From NCBI RefSeq assembly GCF_006345805.1, contig NC_043006.1, positions 90,954,001 to 91,018,000 of the forward strand: a DNA stretch of 64,000 nt, in the 5' to 3' direction. The stretch's first letter is position 1. Every line of letters begins with the position of its first letter. Positions 40,656-51,975 of this stretch are shown here, in pieces. Source of the stretch: Octopus sinensis. Lineage: Eukaryota. The translations under genes were made by a program, and so were the position numbers. The notes beneath the pieces were generated by a model. That model was not told the DNA's origin, ran no database searches, and saw only the letters and a list, made by a program, of their open reading frames with translations.

Positions 40656-42321
40656 TGCCTGTATCTAGCTGTGTGTGTGTGTGCGTGTATCTGTGTGTGT
40701 GTGTGTGTGTCTGTGTGTGTGTGTGTGTGTGTATTCCTTTTATCATTTCCTCTGTCTACTGATTCTGTACCTTTGAAGAAATAGGAAAAGAAATCCCTTA
40801 TTTAAAAAATAGTTAAGTTTTACAAACAGGATGGGTGTCCAGATGTAAAATAACGCTTTGAGAACATATTTGTCTAACTCATACTCACATGGAAAAAAAA
40901 GGCCATAAAAACAAATGAATAACTACATCTACATGTATATATATTTATACATATATATAATACACACACGTATGTATATGTACATTGATACCCACACATA
41001 CATGCTCATGCTTTTTCAAGTATTGCTGGGCTCTTTATAATGTTGACCATATGTGTCTGGAATTAAGCATAATAATTCCTTCTTATCCAGCTGAGCAACT
41101 GACGCGACAAATGAGACTTAATGACTCATCTTGCTAAAAGACAAAGTTAAAAGAGATCTTATTCTTTTGTTTGGTTTCTATTTCTGTATCTCTTTTGAAT
41201 GGTGGTTGTGAACTTTTATCTTTGCCTGACATCTTTAAAACTAAAAATAGAATAAGTTAATGAAACAACCCCTATGTTTATTCCCCGAAGAATGCTTGTG
41301 GTACTATTAATTCCAAAATTACTATCTTGATCTCTTAAGTATTATGGTATGCCATTAAAAGAACTTGCCTGTGGATGTGAAATTCCAACAGCGATCTAGA
41401 ACCAAGATTTCATTTTGTGGCCCTAGGAATTCTATTAAGAAATATAATGAACATAAGAAATCCTGAAAAATTAAAGAATTTGAAAGAAAACCAAGAAGTT
41501 TATTACACTTGCTGCATAGAAATGTCTATGAACTGTGATATTTTTTACAATGTTAATTTACAAATGAAAGGCAATAAATTCAGATTTGTTTGAATAGATA
41601 AAAATCTAGTTGTTGGGAAGGGGAAGGGGGTCGTGTTTATTTGGATCTGTTAAAGAGTAATTTCATTATTACTAATAAAGGCTCTTTAATGACATTTGAA
41701 AAAAAAAAAGAAAAAATTATGAAAATATCACACTTATCATATTTAACCAACCTTTCTCATCTAAATGGCAAGCTTCTTTAAATGTTCTTCAAGGATGTTT
41801 TTGAAGGACATTTGCTCTGTTCCATATCAGAGTAGTCAAATTGTTGAGGTGTAAGCTTCATGTATGTGAAAAATTAGCTCCTGATAAAGAACAAAATGAA
41901 ACAAACAAGATAACCCCTCTCCACTCAATGAACAGATATTTAGTTGGAAATATCTATTCATTGTAGCAAGTCATAACAAAAAAATGAATAAAGATCAAAA
42001 CCTGTTGAGAGGTCCATTATACACGACTAAAGTTATCAATTCTGTATTTTGCATTCATTTAGTTCCACTTCACTAGTTCACATCTGAGAGATTGCTCTAA
42101 AAACCACTTGGCTTGTTGGTTAAAAGTAGACTGTTGTTTAAATTCTTCTTTCTCATTTTCTTTTCTCATCTTTTCTTTCCTTCTGCTTTTTTTCCTTCTT
42201 CTTTTTCTTATGTAAAGGAAATCAGCTTAGTTTAATTCAAGTTAAACTTGACTGAAATTGTATGTTCACTATTAATGTAAAGAGGATAGAATGGACTGGT
42301 CTTTTGTTGACTCATTCTTCT

Positions 42322-42354
<33 letters not shown>

Positions 42355-42856
42355 GATGATGATGGTGACGATGGGGATAATGATAATGATGATGATGATG
42401 ATGGTGATGGTGGTGATAATTTCCAACAGACTGCTAGCAGAAGTCAGTTTAATCTAGTGTAATAGTGACTGGAACTTTATGAATTCTGACATGATGAGAA
42501 GAAAATCTAACAGAGTAAGGGAGGTAACCAATTACTGTATGGTAACTTGTCTCTGACTCAATTCATTCTGCCATTCCACTACCCTAACACCACCAACAAC
42601 AATAATAATAATTTCTTTATTTGCTACAAGTACAACATGTGTTTATGTAGAACCAATTATGTAAATACAGGTCTGCAAAACAACAGTATACCAAAGGAAT
42701 GAAATGAGAAATCTCTATAAAAGGGAGAACTACCTAGGGTCAATCAAAGAACACCAACATATCCAAGATCATGCTTACTGCCAAAGGTTAAGTGCCATTT
42801 CCACCCAGTTGTGTTCAGTGTCTTAAAAAAGGTATGCTGACTGTTCACTCATTCAC

Positions 42857-42937
42857 CTTGGCCATTTTTGTCACTCTCACTCTGTCTCCACTTTCACGTT
42901 CTTCAGATTCCATTAGAAGAAAATGATGAGGGCTTTG
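42857..42937 (-). CDS. Candidate internal exon (81 nt, phase 0/0, QSPHHFLLMESEERESGDRVRVTKMAK), gene unknown
   Basis: Acceptor cactttcttcttcag, donor AAG|gtgaat; only this frame is open. Confidence 0.3.
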
Positions 42938-43294
42938 CTGAAGAAGAAAGTGATGTCTTTAGCCTTTTCAATCTTTTTCAATTAAAAATCTGTCACTATC
43001 GCCATTCGACAGAGAAAGCAGCCTGTCCTCTATCCTTCTTGACCAAAAAAAAAAAAAAATGCCCACGGGTCATGAGTTACATGTTTTATTGAACCTTCAA
43101 ACTTTAAGTGTAAAATGATAATAATTTTTATGAAGGTGATCAGATGATTAAAGCAACCCCCTGCAAAGATGATAGGGTTTGATCTCAGAGTCTAAAGAGC
43201 TGGAACCAATACTGCAAAGCACTCTTTTTTTGAATGCTGTGGTAATTCTGCCCATCCACCATCCCAGAAATAATAATAATAATAATAATAATAA

Positions 43295-43511
43295 TCTTTC
43301 TACTAAAAGTGTAAGGCCTGAAATTTGTGTGTGTGATGGGGTGGGGGGACTAGTTGATTACATCGACCCAAGTGCTTCACTGGTACTTAATTTATCATTT
43401 TGAAAGGATGAGAAGCAAAGTCAATCTCAGCGGAATTTGAACTCAGAATGTAGCGATGGGCAAAATACTACCAAGCCTGGTGTGCTAACGATTCTACCAG
43501 CTTGCCACCTT
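43295..43511 (-). mobile_element. SINE, same family, between (AAT)n arrays
   Basis: Reverse complement head aacgattctaccagcttgccacc, ggaatttgaactc, core. Confidence 0.8.
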
Positions 43512-44845
43512 AATAATAATAATAATAATAATGCATAGTAGTAGTTTCTTTGCCTCAAATGATGAAAGATGTTGGTTGATTACAATGACCACTTTAAAAA
43601 AAATTGATTGGGTTACAAAGAATCAAGAAGTTGATGAGTGCTTACTTTAGTTTTCAACCCCTGTTTGTCTTAACCACCAAGAAGAGGAAAACTACTTCCC
43701 CAATATTAATAATCATAATAATAATAACCACAACAACAAAACAAACATCATTTACTCTGCAGAAGTAGCTTCTACTTTAAATATTTTATTTTCAGTCTTA
43801 TTTTACATTTATAACTTTTTGATAAAGATACTGTGTTGTATTGTAATTTATGATTAAAGCAGTTATCAACAATGGCAGCTCATTCATTAATTATCAAGCA
43901 TGTGTAATACTATATTAGAAAGTAAATAAAGAAGTAAGCAAAGCCAATGACTTTGAATAGCTTTATGTCAGTTTGGGGATGTGTATCTGAATGCTTTTAA
44001 CATGTTCAGTCTTTGTTTTGACTTTTTCTCAAAGAAAACAATTTTTGTGAAACTTATGTTGCCCTTACAAAGCAAGTGGTCCATCATGATGATATTGGCA
44101 ATTCAGCTGACATTTTTATTAATTTTCGTAAAAGTGACAAACTGATAAAGGATCGAAAGTTAATTTTCATATACCTTATTTGAAGACTAAAGTATGTGAG
44201 AATTAACCAACTAAAAATGTATGGAGGAGCAGAAAAAGATAAAGAAATTATTTGCTATATGTGACACCATAACTTAATCAATCAAATCTTTAAAAATAGC
44301 ACATATCTCTTTTGCTGTAAAGCTCAATAAGTTATAGCCACAAGAATACGACATAACATTAAAATTATTAATTCTGGTGAAGTTAAGAGACTTCTTCTCT
44401 GTGTCAGGCTTTTTCCTAGCTTTCCATACTTTTTCTTTTTATTTATTTACACAAATTTAAAAGAATATGAAAATGTCATGCTTCCTCTAGGAAATTCTGC
44501 TTTACTTTCAATGAAACATTTTTTTTTCTTTGTTCCTGTTGCTATCAAATTTTGCAATGAATGTCCTAAAAATAAAATTCTCCTTTTTAGTAAAAATAAA
44601 ATAAAATCAACCTGAAAAGAACACTAACTTATACAATTATTCATTTTATGTTGGCAAAGATCTAAACTTCATCTTAGTTGTATTCATCGTGTATAACACT
44701 GTTGGATATGTAAGCAATCAATGTGAATAAATAGCATGTTTGGCAACTTCTATTCTTTATCACTTCCAACCAACGTGATCAACAAAACAATAGAGATAAC
44801 ATTGCTATAGTTGAACATCATCATCATCATCATCACCATCATTAC

Positions 44846-44923
<78 letters not shown>

Positions 44924-46382
44924 TTTCTCCTCTTCTTATATCTTAAATTTTTAGTTCAAACTTTTTTTATGCCACTTCAGTGTTTTTCTTTTTTAGTTTT
45001 TTTGCTCTCTCTTTTCCTCCCTCATTCTCTCACTCCCTCATTCTTTCCTTCTGTTTATTTTTTAACTAAATAAATATCTTGTTTATTTCTACCTTTACTT
45101 TTGGACTTTTACCGTTTTATGGCACTTGTTTCCGTATTCATGGTTGTTAGGCTGGCCAGCTGGGTTTATGATTCAGTTTGAAGAAAAAACTTAAAGAGTT
45201 AGCTGAAAATGTAAAGCATTGCCTTAGAATAGTCAGCATCAGTTTATTTAAACAGGTTTTTAACTTGAAGAAAGAAAATTGCAGTATCATCGTATTACAG
45301 TTCAGCAACATTTTTTATTTTTTCCTCAGTTTTTAATTGTTAAGAAAAACTATATTTAACCTAACCATTCACATAGCTTTGTTGCTGGAAAATGTAGTTT
45401 AAATATTGTGTTATTGATAGACACTAACCTAGAGGGCAACATTCTTATGTCTCAGAATAATATTTATTTACTGTTTTGCCTAGCAGCACCAAACAACAAG
45501 CAAAATAATAACACAACATCTCTGTTTACAATATCAAGTATTTTGTACAAAATTAGACAAGAAGTGAAGAAAGTTGCTGTTAAATTTAAAGTGTGAGGAG
45601 ATGCATATTTATAAAACTTTTGAGATTTTAAGCTATTATCTGCTGTTTATCTGTCAAGATTTGTATTTTGTAAAGCGGATAAGTTTCTAAATTTGTTAAC
45701 ATTGTTCAAACATGTCCCCCACTCCCTGCACATTGTCCCCCTCACACACTCTCTTTCTTTATGTACTTATGTAGAAACATAGATATATCATCATCATCAT
45801 TTGATGTCCATTTTCCATGCTGGCATGGGTTGGACAGTCTGATTTGCTAGCTGCTGTCAAACTATCCAATCTATGCTAGCATAGAAAACAGACATTAAAT
45901 GATGATGATGATGGTTGGTGTGTGTGTGTGTGTGTGTATGTATATAAATATATGGCAAAAAGAAACTGGAGAGGATACAAAAATTACATCAGCCGGTAGA
46001 CATTCTGTTAAGTCTATTTATTCCAAAACAAAAGGGAGTATTATAAGAATATACATACAAAGACTGTGTGCTACACAAATATATACTAGTAATACATAAA
46101 AGAGTAAAAGATTAAAAGATCAGTTCCTTACGGCCGCCTCTGCCAAGAGGCCATGATATCCTCCATGTTAGCTCCATCTCTTCAGTGTTCTGTAGAGATA
46201 GGTAGATAGAGTTTGGATGTTGAGTGTACCTCCAGGCTTCATCAGAGGGTGTAAATGATTAGGTGAGCTGATACATACAAGTGTCAGTTACTACTAGGTA
46301 CAGTATATTTTTCTTATTGAAGAGAGCATAAGAAGAATAGGAGCAAGACTTGGAGTGTGAGAGGAGTCCAACTTAGCAAAAT

Positions 46383-46533
46383 GGATTAGGTATAGGAAAG
46401 AGAAATAAGTCATAGACTTCAAGTGTTGCCTTCCAAGATTCATGTTTCCTATCCACCACTGAACAAAATAACATGAATCTTGGAAGGCAACACTTGAAGT
46501 CTATGACTTACTTGTCTTTCCTATACCTAATCC
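46383..46533. repeat. Inverted repeat: 64-bp arms, 2 mismatches, 23-nt loop
   Basis: 46383-46446 is the reverse complement of 46470-46533 except gagaaata versus gacaagta. Confidence 0.95.
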
Positions 46534-46560
46534 AGACTAGGAGACACACACACACACACG

Positions 46561-46591
<31 letters not shown>

Positions 46592-46809
46592 AAATATTAG
46601 GGAATAAATCCAAATTTACAGGGAAAAATCAGATTTAGGATTGAATCCAATTTTATAGTAAAATATTATATAATATCAATTAGAGACAAAACCACTATTT
46701 TGTAAATCAAACAAGGAAAGACTTAATTAATCCATAAAAAAATTTTAATATAAAATTTACTTTATTTACTTTATATTAAAATTTTTTTATGTATTGATTT
46801 TGTCTCTAA

Positions 46810-46882
<73 letters not shown>

Positions 46883-47605
46883 TCAGACATATATATACGC
46901 AATAGGCTTCTTTCAGTTGCTATCTACCAAATGTACTTATAATGGGTCTGATCAGCTCAGGGCTATAACAGAAGACATTTGTTTCATTATAAACGTCTAT
47001 ATAGCTGCATATATAGATATTTGCCTATAGGTATCCTGGCCTTGACAGAAATGCAGACTTTAGGTATGGTGGACCCAGCCATCTGTATGTATGGATTATA
47101 TTTGTATTCATGTGTGTGTATATGTGTGTGAATGTGCATATGTATTTGCATGAGTATCTGCATTGTATATGTATATAGGAAAAAATATGTGTATGTTTGA
47201 TCGTCATCATTTAATGTCCATCCAACTCATACTGGCTCATGTTGGATGGTTCAGCAATATCTGACAAACCAAAGCACTGTGTCCAGCTCCAGTGCCTGCT
47301 TCAGCACAGTTTCTCTAGCCCTCTAATCAATTTATATATGCCCACCCCATAACAACATAGAAAACTGACATTAAATGTGGGTGAAGATGGTGAATGATGT
47401 GTCTATATATTCTTACATTTTGCTCAGTAAAGGAACATTTCATGTTATGGCTCCGATAAAACTATAACGTGTCACTGTGTGACTTCTGAAAGCTCAGTAG
47501 TTTATAGCCAAAACGTTTGTAGGCCAATGAAAATTATCATGTAGCTTCCATTTTTTTGTCATTCATTTATAAACAAATGTGAGTGTGTGTGTATATATAT
47601 ATGTC

Positions 47606-47646
<41 letters not shown>

Positions 47647-47647
47647 A

Positions 47648-47705
47648 TAACCGTCCAACCCATACTAGCATGGAAAACGGACGTTAAACGATGATGATGA
47701 TGATA
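47648..47705 (+). mobile_element. Minimal RTE tail (about 55 bp) between microsatellites
   Basis: aaccgtccaacccatactagcatggaaaacggacgttaaacgatgatgatg. Confidence 0.8.
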
Positions 47706-47813
47706 ATGTATATATATATATATATATATGTGTATATATATAAATATATAATAAATATTATATATATATATAATATATATATATAATATATATATATATA
47801 ATATATATATATA

Positions 47814-47884
<71 letters not shown>

Positions 47885-47933
47885 GATATATAATAATATA
47901 TATATATATATATATATATTATAATATATATAT

Positions 47934-47969
<36 letters not shown>

Positions 47970-48232
47970 ATAATATATATATAATAAGATAATATATAAT
48001 ATATATATATATATATATATTATAATATATATATATATATATATAGAATATTATATATATAATTATATATTATATATAATATATATATATATATATAATA
48101 TATATATATATAATATATATTATATAATATTATATAGATTATATAAATATATTATATATATATTATATATATAATATATATATTATATATATAATATATA
48201 TTATATAATATTATATTATATAATATATATAT

Positions 48233-48275
<43 letters not shown>

Positions 48276-48352
48276 ATATATATATTATATATATATATAA
48301 TATATATATTATTATATATATATATATTATATATATATATAATATTATATAT

Positions 48353-48420
<68 letters not shown>

Positions 48421-48804
48421 TACTAGCAGTATCGCCCGGCGTTGCTCAGGTTTGTAAGGGAAATAACTATAAAGCATTTTTAGAGAGTTATAGCCAAAAA
48501 ATAGCAAAAAAATGGGAAAAAAATGATGGTAAATTTTTTTTAGAGTTAAAAAGGTGGAGTTGCGTCCCCTAGACGGTCTGTGGTTTGGGTTTCTGATTCT
48601 CGACCCCATGTCGAATTTATCGATTTTTTCAGAACTGGGGGAACTTTCAAAATTTTCGCTGCGTTAGTTTTGAATTATGACATTGGGCTATGTGTGTGTC
48701 AAGTTTCATCAGAATCGGTTGAAAGCCGTGGTCAGAGTGAGTGTACGAGAAAACAGACACACAGAAAACGCACAGACAAACTGCCGTTTATATAGAGAGA
48801 ATAT

Positions 48805-48896
<92 letters not shown>

Positions 48897-48962
48897 ATAT
48901 ATATTATATATATATATATATAATAATATATATATATATATATAAATATATATATATTATAT

Positions 48963-49033
<71 letters not shown>

Positions 49034-49210
49034 ATATATATATAAATATATATATTATATATATATTAATATTATATTATATAATATAATATATATATAT
49101 ATATTATATATATATATGATATATATATTATTATATTATATATATATATATATATATATATTTATTATATATATATATAATATATATTATATATTATTAT
49201 AGATATATAT

Positions 49211-49241
<31 letters not shown>

Positions 49242-49255
49242 CTATATATATATTA

Positions 49256-49286
<31 letters not shown>

Positions 49287-49408
49287 TATATATATATATA
49301 ATATATATATAATATATATTATATATATATATATATAATATATATATATAAATATAATATATATATATATTATATATAATATAATTATATATATATATAT
49401 ATAATAAT

Positions 49409-49452
<44 letters not shown>

Positions 49453-49467
49453 TATATAAATATATTA

Positions 49468-49509
<42 letters not shown>

Positions 49510-49547
49510 ATAATATTATTATATAGTATATATATATTATATATTAT

Positions 49548-49619
<72 letters not shown>

Positions 49620-49661
49620 ATGTATATATATATATAATATATATAATATATATTATATATA

Positions 49662-49703
<42 letters not shown>

Positions 49704-49727
49704 TATATATTTATATATATTATATAT

Positions 49728-49780
<53 letters not shown>

Positions 49781-49825
49781 TATATATATAATATATTATA
49801 TATAATATATATATATATTATATAT

Positions 49826-49867
<42 letters not shown>

Positions 49868-50104
49868 ATAATATTATATTAATATAATATATATATATAT
49901 AATTATATATATATATATATATAATATATATAATAAATATATATATATATATAATAATATATATATATAATTATATATAATTATATATATATATATATAT
50001 ATATAATAAATATATATAATAATTATTATATATATATATTAATATATATATATATATCTATATATATATATATATATAATAAATATATATATATATATTA
50101 TATA

Positions 50105-50141
<37 letters not shown>

Positions 50142-50431
50142 TATATATATATATAATATATATTATATATATAATATAATTATATATAATATTATATTAT
50201 ATATATATGATATATATAATATATATTATATATATATATATATATATAATAATAATATATATAGAATATATATAATATATATATATATATATAATATATA
50301 TATATATATTATATATATATATATAATATATATATATATAATATATATATATATATTATATATATAATTATATATAATATATATTATATATATATATATA
50401 TTATATTATATATATATTATATATATATTTA

Positions 50432-50477
<46 letters not shown>

Positions 50478-50538
50478 ATATATATAATATATAATATATT
50501 AATATATATATATATATATATATATTACTATATATATA

Positions 50539-50578
<40 letters not shown>

Positions 50579-50612
50579 TATATAATAATATATTATATAT
50601 ATATATTATATA

Positions 50613-50687
<75 letters not shown>

Positions 50688-50701
50688 TATTATATTATAT
50701 A

Positions 50702-50751
<50 letters not shown>

Positions 50752-50755
50752 TATG
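47706..50755. repeat. About 3 kb imperfect (AT)n array interrupted by the Helitron-like element
   Basis: Nearly all A/T outside 48423-48800. Confidence 0.97.
48423..48800 (-). mobile_element. Complete non-autonomous Helitron-like element (about 378 bp) inserted in the AT array
   Basis: Minus strand starts TCTCTCTATATAAA, has GTCTG microsatellite and aaccgattctgatgaaactt, and ends with an imperfect GC hairpin (cctgagcaacgccggg) about 8 nt before a terminal CTAG followed by T; no TSD. Confidence 0.8.
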
Positions 50756-50800
50756 AATGAGAAAAAAAGGTTGAAAATGCAATTTAAACGATGTTTATTT

Positions 50801-50840
50801 ACTTAACCGGTTTCACTCTTGGTAAAAGATTGTCAAAAGT
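50801..50840 (-). ncRNA. Candidate minimal type I hammerhead ribozyme motif (variant core)
   Basis: ACTT TTGACAA TCTTTT-ACC-AAGAGT GAAA CCGG TT AAGT; stems assigned by eye. Confidence 0.4.
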
Positions 50841-51419
50841 TACATTTAAGAAACATTGAATAATATGGGTTCAAAAAAAGTTTTTTACATAATTGTCACA
50901 TTGAATATTATGCATTCAAAAGTTTTTACATAATTGTCACATTGGATATTATATTATGAATTCAAAATGTTTTTTTATACATAATTGTCACATTACATGT
51001 ATAAATATAGTGTTTGGTAACAGAGAAGTTCAATAGTGTGATGAGAATATTTGGGGGAAAATTTGGCAGAAAAGGATATAAAAAAATATGTTATCGGAAT
51101 TGGTTGCGTTAATTATTGGTTGTCGCAAATTGTCACATTACATGTATATATATACAATCTTTGGTATATATATACAGCCTTTTGACAGCAAAAATTAGAA
51201 TGGATTTTTATACATCTCAGAATATTTTAAGTACAAGGCGAGAATATGTTTTTACTGACCTGTCGGTATTAGCAGAAAGGCTGAACTGAGAGAACAGAGG
51301 AAGTAGCCAATGTGGTGTATACTTCCCTTTTATGCATGAATGATTTTGGGGTTATCAGGAGGTTAGTATGCGGGTGTGAATAGATGTGTCCCTGCCCGCT
51401 GGTCAGATAGCATCTGTTT

Positions 51420-51426
51420 GTCACAC

Positions 51427-51457
<31 letters not shown>

Positions 51458-51975
51458 ACAACACACACACACACACACATAGTAAACAAACACACACCAC
51501 ATACAAACAACACACACACACACACAGAACACACACACCCACACACAACGCACCCACATATATCACATATACACACAGCACACAAATATAATATGTATCT
51601 ATATATAACATACACAGATATATAACACACATACAACACACCACACACACACACACACAACCACCACACACACACACCACACAACACACGCACACATACA
51701 TACATAATAAAATATCACACAAATACACCTAGCATATATATACACACATACAATACACACATACAGCATGTAAGTAATATACATACACAATATATGCATG
51801 CAATATACATACGCAGTACATACAATAATATATATATAGATACAATGCATATACATATATACACATATACATATAAATAGTGTTTACATACACATACATA
51901 GATGTACCACATATACACACAATACACATACATACAACGCATACACATACACGTACGCATACATTTAATATATAT
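51420..51975. repeat. Degenerate (CA)/(TACA) microsatellite
   Basis: Direct inspection. Confidence 0.9.

Noticed and set aside
46209-46248. CTGATGA on the minus strand near the fold-back (possible third hammerhead)
   Set aside because: No GAAA at the right distance and stem II does not form; at best a heavily decayed relic.
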